From Bacteroidota bacterium (lineage in GTDB: Bacteria; Bacteroidota; Bacteroidia; AKYH767-A; 2013-40CM-41-45), in NCBI GenBank assembly GCA_004295015.1, contig SHNE01000033.1:75421-139420 (forward strand): a DNA stretch of 64,000 nucleotides, read 5' to 3'. A model generated the notes under the pieces. It saw nothing but the letters and a program-made list of their open reading frames with translations. It made no database searches and had not been told where the DNA came from. Numbering within the stretch: the stretch's first letter is position 1; each line of letters begins with the position of its first letter. Below are positions 21,876 to 30,098 of this stretch, piece by piece. The position numbers and the translations under genes are program-made.

Positions 21876-22364
21876 TTATTTGCTCTTTTTAAGAGCAATC
21901 ATTTTAATGGCAGTGATTGCTGCTTCCACACCTTTATTTCCGAGTTTCCCGCCTGCTCGTGCCAATGCCTGCTCCTGATTATCGGGTGTGAGAACGCCAA
22001 AAATAAAAGGAATCGAAAATTTAATACTTAGATCTGTTAGGCCTGATGCCACGGCCTGACAAATAAAATCAAAGTGTCTTGTTTCGCCCTGGATGACACA
22101 TCCGAGGCAAATGACAGCATCAAGATTTCCGTGTTCTGCAAGCCACTGAGCTGCTACTGTTAATTCATAACTTCCGGGAACAGTTGATTGAGAAATGTGA
22201 GATTCCTCACAACCATGATCCAATAAAGTCCGGATCGCACCTTGATACAAAGCATGGGTGATTTCCGGATTCCATTCCGACACAACAACTCCAATCCTCA
22301 TGCCTTTGGCCGAAGGAATGGTGGCCGGATCGTATGAACTTAAATTTTTTAGTATTGATGACAT
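21876..22364 (-). CDS. ribH: 6,7-dimethyl-8-ribityllumazine synthase
   Basis: 162 aa, lumazine synthase family (…RIGVVVSEWNPEIT…, …GCVIQGETRHFDFI…). Confidence 0.9.
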   Translation of the reverse strand: MSSILKNLSSYDPATIPSAKGMRIGVVVSEWNPEITHALYQGAIRTLLDHGCEESHISQSTVPGSYELTVAAQWLAEHGNLDAVICLGCVIQGETRHFDFICQAVASGLTDLSIKFSIPFIFGVLTPDNQEQALARAGGKLGNKGVEAAITAIKMIALKKSK

Positions 22365-22375
22365 GGTTTATAAAA

Positions 22376-22402
22376 AGAAAACCGGACAATGCCCGGTTTT
22401 AA
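22376..22402 (-). terminator. Hairpin with flanking T-run between the TPR gene and ribH
   Basis: AACCGG-acaatgc-CCGGTT, flanked by A/T runs on both sides. Confidence 0.35.
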
Positions 22403-22408
22403 GATTCT

Positions 22409-23092
22409 TTAATTGCTTCCCGCCAGGGCTTCGACTCTTGCGATATACTTATCTATTTGAGCTCCCTCAGTCGAAGTTGAGTAATCTTTCTTTATTTTTT
22501 CATATACACTTTTCGCACCCTTGTAATCACCCGTTGATTCAAGTGCTCCGGCCCATTTCATAAGCATGATGGGAGTCGAAAAGGTATTGCTGTTCTCCTT
22601 GGAAGCTTTTTCATAAAAAGAAATTGCTTCATCGGTATTTTTTAGTTCCATATAAGCATCGCCGATAGCTCCATAAACAACAGAACCACTCATCGCATCA
22701 GGAGCATCATATGCCTTTAGCGTTTCGATCGCTTTATCATATTCTTTCTGCTTCATATAGGCCATTCCAAGGTAGTAGCGTGCAATATTTCCTGAAGGAC
22801 TCACTCCATAATCCGAAGCCAGTTCTTCCAGTCCGGGATTGTTTCCATCACCATTTATGGCGAGGTTTAGTGAATCAGCAGTGAAATACTTTTCGGCATG
22901 AAACAACATGGCAGAAGCTTCTTTCTCCTTGCCGGCTACATATATTTTCTGATAGAAAAGATATCCGCCTACTGCTACCAATAGGGCTATGAGGATAATA
23001 CCCAGGCTTTTCTTGTTCTGGTCAACGAAATGTTCCGTTTTATTCACTACTCCGGACACATCAAAATCCGGTTCTTGCTTCTTTTCAGCCAT
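22409..23092 (-). CDS. Tetratricopeptide-repeat membrane-anchored protein (YfgM-like)
   Basis: N-terminal TM helix followed by TPR-like repeats. Likely start at MAEKKQEP. Confidence 0.55.
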   Translation of the reverse strand: MAEKKQEPDFDVSGVVNKTEHFVDQNKKSLGIILIALLVAVGGYLFYQKIYVAGKEKEASAMLFHAEKYFTADSLNLAINGDGNNPGLEELASDYGVSPSGNIARYYLGMAYMKQKEYDKAIETLKAYDAPDAMSGSVVYGAIGDAYMELKNTDEAISFYEKASKENSNTFSTPIMLMKWAGALESTGDYKGAKSVYEKIKKDYSTSTEGAQIDKYIARVEALAGSN

Positions 23093-23271
23093 TTTATTTA
23101 TTGTTTTTTCAAAAACAGGCTGCAAAAATAGCTTTTTTTCGATAACTCGCAATTTCTGACGTAAATTTGAGCTCAGGATTCCTTGTTTTCATCAATATTC
23201 TTCAAAAAGCCTTATTTCATTGGCCTTTGCTTAGGATGAACTTAATGATCCAAAACTCGTTTCTTAAAATT

Positions 23272-24129
23272 ATGCCATCTACTATCAAGTTAATTGAATG
23301 CCCGCGTGATGCTATGCAAGGCTGGACTCATTTTATTCCAACCGAAACAAAGGTCAACTACCTGAACACATTGCTGAAAGTGGGTTTTGACACCCTGGAT
23401 TTTGGAAGTTTTGTTTCTCCCAAAGCCATTCCTCAATTGAAGGATACAGCTGATGTTTTGTCTAAATTGGACTTGACTAACACGAAAACAAAATTGCTTG
23501 CCATCATCGCTAATCAACGTGGCGCCGAAGAAGCGGCATCCTATTCAGAAATCACTTATTTGGGTTTCCCATTTTCCGTGAGTGAAGAGTTTCAAAGGCG
23601 AAATACTAATTCAAGCATCGAAGAATCTCTGAGCCGTGTCAAAGACATTCAGGAACTTTGTCTTAAGAAGAATAAATCCCTTGTGATTTACATTTCTATG
23701 GGTTTTGGCAATCCCTACGGTGATCCCTGGAGCGCAGAGCTTGTAAGTTCTTGGGTGAAACGGCTTGCCCAAATGGGGATCTCCATAATAGCGCTGTCGG
23801 ATACCGTTGGCGTGAGTAATCCCGCCAATATCAAAGAGCTTTTTTCATACCTCATTCCGGAAATGCCAAATGTAGAATTTGGAGCTCATCTGCATTCTTT
23901 AAAAACCAACTGGGAAGAAAAAGTGCATGCAGCCTATGAATCCGGTTGTCGTCGATTCGACAGCGCAATGCGTGGTGTTGGAGGCTGTCCAATGGCAAAT
24001 GATGATTTGGTTGGTAATCTGGCTACTGAAAATTTGGTTTCTTATTTCAATGGCTTTAAGGCACTCAATTTAGATGAAAATTATTTTTCCAAATCAATGG
24101 AATTGGCCGGAAAAATTTTTCAGTCTTGA
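23272..24129 (+). CDS. Hydroxymethylglutaryl-CoA lyase family protein
   Basis: HMGL-like TIM barrel (…ECPRDAMQG…, …GAHLHSLKTN…, …GVGGCPMA…). Start at MPSTIKLIE. Confidence 0.75.
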   Translation: MPSTIKLIECPRDAMQGWTHFIPTETKVNYLNTLLKVGFDTLDFGSFVSPKAIPQLKDTADVLSKLDLTNTKTKLLAIIANQRGAEEAASYSEITYLGFPFSVSEEFQRRNTNSSIEESLSRVKDIQELCLKKNKSLVIYISMGFGNPYGDPWSAELVSSWVKRLAQMGISIIALSDTVGVSNPANIKELFSYLIPEMPNVEFGAHLHSLKTNWEEKVHAAYESGCRRFDSAMRGVGGCPMANDDLVGNLATENLVSYFNGFKALNLDENYFSKSMELAGKIFQS

Positions 24130-24427
24130 ACCATTCATTGTTATATAATTGAATTGCCACAAGCCGAATTTGCTTTTGAAAAACTGCTCTTTTAAAGTTT
24201 AAATCCGAATTTTCGTGAATATAAATCAGAAGAAAGTATGAAGAACTGATGGATTTTAAAATCTGCTTATGCTGAACCGCTTTTTCTGTTAATTTTGCAA
24301 ATAATCGGTCTGTTTAATCACTTATTTTGATTGAATAGATTCAATGGAGAATCTAATCACAAAAAATCTGTAATCTTTAGCCAAATCCATAACAACAAAA
24401 TAATAATCTTATCGTTTATTCCCCGGC

Positions 24428-26701
24428 ATGTCATTACTCATCAATCGTTACTTCCCCCTTTTATCAATTTTACTGCTTGTTCTGATCGCTTTTCCGCAAT
24501 CCGGGATGGCTCAATCTATCGGTCATGTTCAAATTAACGGAAAGATCCGTAAGGATAACCGGCCTGAAGGAGGAGTGACCATTCAAATTACTTCGCCGGG
24601 AGCCGCTCCTCAGACAGTTACTTCTAAGGACAATGGTACTTTCAACGTAAGTCTGGATTTTCAAAAAGAGTATACCATTTCTTTTTTAAAAAATGGTCTG
24701 GTTTCTAAAAGTGTCGAGTTTAACACCAAGGTTCCCCCGCAGGAGTTAGATATTATTATCCAAACAGAATTCAACATCGATCTGTTTGCCGATGTAGCCG
24801 GGATGTCTAAAACAACGGCGATGAATAAACCGGTTGCGAAATATTCTTACAACCCGACTTATGAGGACTTTGTCTTTGATGCAAATTATTCAAAACAAAT
24901 AAAATCAGAACAGGAGACTGCCAGAAAAGATGCTGAAGATCTTGCAAGAATACAGGAGCGTGCAAGACTTGATTCATTAAATAAAATTTGGAATGATTCA
25001 CTTGCGAAAGTAAAAGAAAAGGAAGCTAAGTTGCTTGCAAGTCAGGCTGAACAGGATAGGATAAAAAAAGAGCAGGAAAAAGCCAGACAAGATTCCATTG
25101 CGAGAGCACAAGCTGCCATGCAAGCCAGTGCTGCTTTAGCAGCCAAAGAAAAATCAAGACTCGATAGTATTCAACTGGCAGAGTCAAAAGCAAATGCCCT
25201 GGCTGCTGCTTTGGAAAAGGAAAGACAGGATTCACTTATTAGAGCCGCTGCTGAGCAAGCCCGGCTTAAGGCAATCGCCGATGCCAGAGACAAGGCAATA
25301 CAAGACTCTACTCTAAAGGCTCAGGCAGAACAGGAACGACAAGATTCACTCGCTCAACTCAGAGCAGAAGCTGCAGCCAAAGCTAAAGCAGAGGCCGAAG
25401 CAAAGGCGGAAGCAAAGGCCAAACAAGACTCACTCAACAGAATTGCAGCTGAGGCTGCTGCTGAAAAGGCAAGATTGGAAGAAGAGGCCAGGCTGGCTGA
25501 AAAGGCAAAACAAGATTCTATTTTAAAGGCAAAGGCAGAGGCTGCAGCCAAAGAGAAAGCAATGCAGGATTCTATCATATTTGCAAATGCCGCAGCAGAA
25601 AAGGAACGCTTGCGCAATGAAGCTGAAGCTAAAAGATTAGAACAATTCCGACAAGATTCTATTGCAAAGGCACAATTAGCTGAGAAATCCAGATTAAAAG
25701 CAGAGGCCGATTCAATAGCAAAGTTAGAACAGGATAAACTTGCTCAGGAAAAAGCCAGAAAAGATTCACTTGCATTAGTTGCAGCAGCCGAAAAAGCAGC
25801 TGAACAGGCAAGAAAGGATTCAATAGCACTTGCAGAGCAACAAGAAAAGGCAAGAATTAAAGCTGAAGCAGAGAATCTTGCCAAAGCTGAACAAGATAAG
25901 CTGGAAAGGGAAAAAGCCAGAAAGGATTCTTTGGCATTAATAGCTCAAAAAGAAAACGAAAGGAAGAAGGCTGAAGCGGATAGTATTTTTACTGCAACAG
26001 AAGCCGCAAAGGCATTAGCCCGCGCCAATGAACTAGCCCGACAGGATTCAATTTTACGAGCCCAAAAAGCAGAGCAAGAAAAAGTGCTGGCGGAAACCAA
26101 GGCAAGAGAAGAAGAACTGTTGAAAAAGAAAGCTGCCGAGGAAGAAGCAAAGCAAGCTGCTATCAAAGCAAAGGCAGAACAAGATGCTCAGTCGAAGGCT
26201 GAAGCAGACAGACTAAAGAAGGAAGAAGATGCCAGATTAAAATTGGCAGAAGAGCAAAAAGCGAAAGCAGAAGTAGAGCGCCTTGCTCAGCTGGCAGCGG
26301 ATAAAGCCCGACAAGATTCATTAGCACTTGCCAACCGACTTGAACAAGAGAGGCTGGAGGAGCAAAGGCAAAAGAAAGCATTGGCAGAAATTGAAGAGAA
26401 GAAAAGATTGCTTGCCAAAGCCGGTGAAACTGAAGATAAAACCAAGACAGCTCCTAAACCTTCTACGGTAGTTCCAAAAATTATTGACTCTGATTACCGC
26501 GATGGCTTAACTGAAGAAACAATCACGGAATCCAACAGGATCATTTACAGAACAGTTTTGAAAATGGATGGAAGTGCTTTCAATTATCAGAAGATAGTTT
26601 ATAATTGGGGTGGTATTTATTATTTTAAAAATGAAACCAGTATTACCCAATCTTTATTTGATCAGGAATTGAAGAATGCCAAAGCAACTCTCGGAAAATA
26701 A
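24428..26701 (+). CDS. Secreted protein with an N-terminal carboxypeptidase-regulatory-like domain, a ~550-aa Ala/Lys/Glu/Gln-rich coiled coil carrying repeated [RK][QK]DS[IL] motifs, and a C-terminal globular domain
   Basis: Signal peptide, CarbopepD_reg-like segment, a long low-complexity helical region and a ~100-aa C-terminal domain. Confidence 0.7.
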   Translation: MSLLINRYFPLLSILLLVLIAFPQSGMAQSIGHVQINGKIRKDNRPEGGVTIQITSPGAAPQTVTSKDNGTFNVSLDFQKEYTISFLKNGLVSKSVEFNTKVPPQELDIIIQTEFNIDLFADVAGMSKTTAMNKPVAKYSYNPTYEDFVFDANYSKQIKSEQETARKDAEDLARIQERARLDSLNKIWNDSLAKVKEKEAKLLASQAEQDRIKKEQEKARQDSIARAQAAMQASAALAAKEKSRLDSIQLAESKANALAAALEKERQDSLIRAAAEQARLKAIADARDKAIQDSTLKAQAEQERQDSLAQLRAEAAAKAKAEAEAKAEAKAKQDSLNRIAAEAAAEKARLEEEARLAEKAKQDSILKAKAEAAAKEKAMQDSIIFANAAAEKERLRNEAEAKRLEQFRQDSIAKAQLAEKSRLKAEADSIAKLEQDKLAQEKARKDSLALVAAAEKAAEQARKDSIALAEQQEKARIKAEAENLAKAEQDKLEREKARKDSLALIAQKENERKKAEADSIFTATEAAKALARANELARQDSILRAQKAEQEKVLAETKAREEELLKKKAAEEEAKQAAIKAKAEQDAQSKAEADRLKKEEDARLKLAEEQKAKAEVERLAQLAADKARQDSLALANRLEQERLEEQRQKKALAEIEEKKRLLAKAGETEDKTKTAPKPSTVVPKIIDSDYRDGLTEETITESNRIIYRTVLKMDGSAFNYQKIVYNWGGIYYFKNETSITQSLFDQELKNAKATLGK
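24900..26400. repeat. Low-complexity repetitive coding DNA (GCn/AAR/GAR codons with recurrent 'caagattca') inside the coiled-coil gene
   Basis: Seen in the sequence. Gives rise to several spurious antisense ORFs. Confidence 0.6.
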
Positions 26702-26872
26702 TTTTTTATTCTATTCCTGGACTGAAAAAATGTCAATTTGTTTTTAGGATGAAAGACTTTTTGTCGGACTAAAAATAAATTTTAGACAAAATGTCTGAAT
26801 TGTTTTCGGCATTTTACTAAAAAATGTAATGGCATGGATCTTGAAAAAAGCTTTCTGTATTAACTTAAAAAC

Positions 26873-26879
26873 AGGAGGT
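26873..26879 (+). promoter_or_regulatory. Strong Shine-Dalgarno (AGGAGGT) 5 nt upstream of the hsp20 ATG
   Basis: acAGGAGGTaaaaaATG. Other gene starts in the window lack SD sequences. Confidence 0.5.
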
Positions 26880-26884
26880 AAAAA

Positions 26885-27337
26885 ATGACACTCGTAAAAT
26901 TTAAAAACAACAATGGTTTCGGAAGAGAAAGTTATGTTCCTTCCATCTTTACAGATTTTTTCAATGATTATTTCACCGGTGATTTAAGTCCCCGTGCATT
27001 TAGCAGCACGGTTCCGGCTGTAAATATTCATGAATCTGACAATGAATTTTTTGTGGATCTGGCTGTACCGGGCATGAAAAAAGAAGATTTTAATATTGAA
27101 GTTGAGAATGGTATTCTCACTATCAGTGCAGAAAAAAAATCGGAGAAGAACGAAGAGGATGTTAAGTTTTCAAGAAAGGAATTCTCTTACTCTTCATTCA
27201 AAAGAACTTTTACTTTGCCTGATGCGGTAAATCCTGATAAGATTGCTGCGTCCTATGAAAATGGAGTCTTAGCCATGACACTTCCAAAGAAAGAAGAAAG
27301 TAAGACTAAGCCTGCAAAAGCAATTAAGGTTTCTTAA
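26885..27337 (+). CDS. Hsp20/alpha-crystallin family small heat-shock protein
   Basis: Alpha-crystallin domain (…VDLAVPGMKKEDFNIEVENGILTISAEKK…). Confidence 0.9.
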   Translation: MTLVKFKNNNGFGRESYVPSIFTDFFNDYFTGDLSPRAFSSTVPAVNIHESDNEFFVDLAVPGMKKEDFNIEVENGILTISAEKKSEKNEEDVKFSRKEFSYSSFKRTFTLPDAVNPDKIAASYENGVLAMTLPKKEESKTKPAKAIKVS

Positions 27338-27502
27338 AATGTTTCATGTTGTTGTACATACGGCTCAGAGATTTTCTTTGGGCCGTTTGTTTTTTGTTTC
27401 GGACCATGGAATAAAATACATTTGAGGGACTTATCAGGCAAGGAAAGCAGAACTATTTCCCTACCTTCGCTGCAAATAACAACAAATAAATAATTTGCAT
27501 CG

Positions 27503-28303
27503 ATGGACAGTTCAGTAAAGAAAGACAGGCCTGTAATTCTTGTAACCAATGACGATGGAATCACCGCACCCGGATTGCATGCTTTAGTCGATGCAGTCAA
27601 GGATCTGGGCGAAATAATTGTTGTGGCTCCGGATAGTCCTCAGTCAGGTATGGGTCACGCCATAACAATAAACCAGCCATTGCGATTGGATAAAGTGGAA
27701 GTGTATGGTACTCATCTTTGGTATCAATGCAGTGGCACACCTGTCGATTGCGTGAAAATTGCCATAGATAAAATTTTGCACCGAAAACCGGATCTGTGTG
27801 TTTCCGGTGTTAACCACGGCTCAAATTCATCGATTAATGTTATCTATTCAGGTACCATGTCTGCAGCTATGGAAGGTGCCATCGAAGGAATTCCCTCAGT
27901 GGGTTTTTCTCTCCTTGACTATGCTCTTGATGCTGATTTCAGCGCATCCAAAGTTGTAGCAAGGACAGTAGCAAAAAATATTCTTGCAAGTGGATTGCCC
28001 TCCGGCTCTCTGCTAAATGTAAACATTCCAAAACTTCAACTAAGCGAGTTAAAAGGTATGAAAGTCTGCCGTCAGGCTATGGCGAAATGGAGAGAAGAAT
28101 TTGACGAAAGGATGGATCCAAACAAAAGAAAATATTACTGGCTTACCGGAAAGTTTATTAACCATGATAAAGGCGAGGATACCGATGAGTGGGCCCTTGC
28201 AAACGGATATGTTTCTGTTGTGCCCGTCCAGTATGATTTTACTGCCCATCACGCTATTCCATTTCTTAATACTATGAGTTATGAACTTGAAAAGCTGGAC
28301 TAA
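27503..28303 (+). CDS. surE: 5'/3'-nucleotidase SurE
   Basis: N-terminal ILVTNDDGITAPGL motif. Confidence 0.9.
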   Translation: MDSSVKKDRPVILVTNDDGITAPGLHALVDAVKDLGEIIVVAPDSPQSGMGHAITINQPLRLDKVEVYGTHLWYQCSGTPVDCVKIAIDKILHRKPDLCVSGVNHGSNSSINVIYSGTMSAAMEGAIEGIPSVGFSLLDYALDADFSASKVVARTVAKNILASGLPSGSLLNVNIPKLQLSELKGMKVCRQAMAKWREEFDERMDPNKRKYYWLTGKFINHDKGEDTDEWALANGYVSVVPVQYDFTAHHAIPFLNTMSYELEKLD

Positions 28304-28580
28304 AGATTCCTTTCTATTGGGATTGATTGGTGGTGCAATTTCTTTGTATCTGTTCTTCCTCATCGTTTCCCAGATCAGACTCTTTATTGTAAGCTCAATG
28401 AATAACCCTTATCTGTTTGGTTCGCCCAGATCACAATTGATAGCAGTAGGACTGAACCTTATTTGTTTCCGCATTCTTATGATTAATATGGAAAGAGAAA
28501 AAACAGGAAAGGGTCTGTTATTTGTGACTGTTTTGGCAGTCTTCAGCTATTATATCTATTATTATATAATGAACCATTGA
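28281..28580 (+). CDS. Small hypothetical membrane protein
   Basis: 99-aa ORF with 2-3 predicted TM helices. Confidence 0.35.
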   Translation: MNLKSWTKDSFLLGLIGGAISLYLFFLIVSQIRLFIVSSMNNPYLFGSPRSQLIAVGLNLICFRILMINMEREKTGKGLLFVTVLAVFSYYIYYYIMNH

Positions 28581-28585
28581 CTTAA

Positions 28586-28879
28586 ATGATGAAACGATGG
28601 AGTAATACTATGTTGACCGGTTTGGTGATCGGAATCCTGGTTCCTATGATTAGTTTCCAGACATATGTATCCTTGTACCGGAAAGGAGAAACGTTGATTC
28701 AGGTTGTGGATCGTTTCATATTTTTAAATGTACTTACCCATGTGATGAGTTTGGCTTGCATCCCCAATTTGCTTGTGTTCTTTTTGTTTTTATGGACAAA
28801 CAATGAACGTTCTGCACACGGTGTAATTGGTGCGACAATTATTTATGCGTTGACGGTTGCTGTATTAATTTTTATTTGA
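28586..28879 (+). CDS. Small hypothetical membrane protein
   Basis: 97-aa ORF with TM helices. 4-bp overlap with lpxB. Confidence 0.35.
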   Translation: MMKRWSNTMLTGLVIGILVPMISFQTYVSLYRKGETLIQVVDRFIFLNVLTHVMSLACIPNLLVFFLFLWTNNERSAHGVIGATIIYALTVAVLIFI

Positions 28880-29997
28880 TGCGATACTATATTATTGCCG
28901 GTGAGGCTTCCGGTGACCTACACGGCGCCAATTTATTGAAGGAGCTCAATAAGCTTGACTCCTCTGCAGTTTTTCGTGCCTGGGGTGGTGATCTGATGAA
29001 GGGAGAAGGTGCAGATCTGGTAAAGCATTACCGTGACCTTGCATTTATGGGTTTTTCCGAAGTGATTCAAAACCTTCGTACTATTCTTGGAAATATTGCT
29101 TTTTGTAAGAAAGATATTTTAGCATATAAACCGGATGTACTTATTCTCATTGACTATCCTGGCTTTAATTTGCGTATCGCTGAATTTGCCCATGAACAGG
29201 GCATAAAAGTATTTTATTACATATCACCACAGATTTGGGCCTGGAAGCAAAGTCGTGTACATAAAATTAAAAAGTTTGTCGACCGAATGTTCGTCATACT
29301 TCCCTTTGAAAAGGAGTTCTATGCACGTTTTGCAATGAATGTGGATTTTGTGGGACACCCTTTACTTGATTCACTGGAACAGAAGAGAAACTCTTTTTCA
29401 TCCCTATCGGATTTTCGAAATAAGCATAAGCTTTCCGCAAAGCCAATAATAGCTTTGCTTCCCGGAAGTAGAAAACAGGAAGTAAGGGTAATGCTTCCTT
29501 TGATGTTATCTGTAAAAGAGTCATTTCCGGATTATCAATTTGTTATTGCGGGAGCCCCTTCTTTGTTGTCTGATTTTTATAAAGAAGTATCTAATGACCC
29601 TTCTGTAAAAATGATAAGTGATGTCACTTATGAGTTGATTTATCATGCAGAAGCTGCCTTGGTCACCTCCGGGACAGCCACCCTGGAAACTGCCTTACTC
29701 GGTACTCCCGAAGTTGTTTGTTATAAAGGAGGTAAAATTTCATATGCGATTGCCCGGAGTCTGATTAAAGTAAAATATATTTCTTTGGTAAATTTAATTA
29801 TGGATAAGTTAATTGTTACAGAGCTCATCCAGGACAAATTGAATACTAAGAATATCATTTCAGAACTAAAGTCTATCCTCGAGACGGAAGCTCGAACCAA
29901 GATGCTTAACGAATACTCTGAATTACTTAATAAATTGGGAGGGAGTGGAGCTTCTGCAAAAACGGCAGAACTGATGATTAAATATCTTAAAGGATAG
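28876..29997 (+). CDS. lpxB: Lipid-A-disaccharide synthase
   Basis: N-terminal YIIAGEASGDLHGANL motif. GT19 family. Confidence 0.9.
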   Translation: MMRYYIIAGEASGDLHGANLLKELNKLDSSAVFRAWGGDLMKGEGADLVKHYRDLAFMGFSEVIQNLRTILGNIAFCKKDILAYKPDVLILIDYPGFNLRIAEFAHEQGIKVFYYISPQIWAWKQSRVHKIKKFVDRMFVILPFEKEFYARFAMNVDFVGHPLLDSLEQKRNSFSSLSDFRNKHKLSAKPIIALLPGSRKQEVRVMLPLMLSVKESFPDYQFVIAGAPSLLSDFYKEVSNDPSVKMISDVTYELIYHAEAALVTSGTATLETALLGTPEVVCYKGGKISYAIARSLIKVKYISLVNLIMDKLIVTELIQDKLNTKNIISELKSILETEARTKMLNEYSELLNKLGGSGASAKTAELMIKYLKG

Positions 29998-30098
29998 ATC
30001 AGATTCTGTTTTCTTTGTTTTTTATTTTTTTTCATTTCTTATTTGATGTGTTTTTTTTAATCTTGAATACGAATTACTAGCAGCATTACCTTTCGCCC

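Noticed and set aside
24807-26381. Several antisense ORFs (24807-25001, 25026-25235, 25354-25617, 25659-25853, 25945-26166, 26163-26381) opposite the coiled-coil gene
   Set aside because: They are artifacts of the low-complexity GCn/AAR codon repeats. They encode poly-Ala/Ser/Leu strings and have no independent signals.
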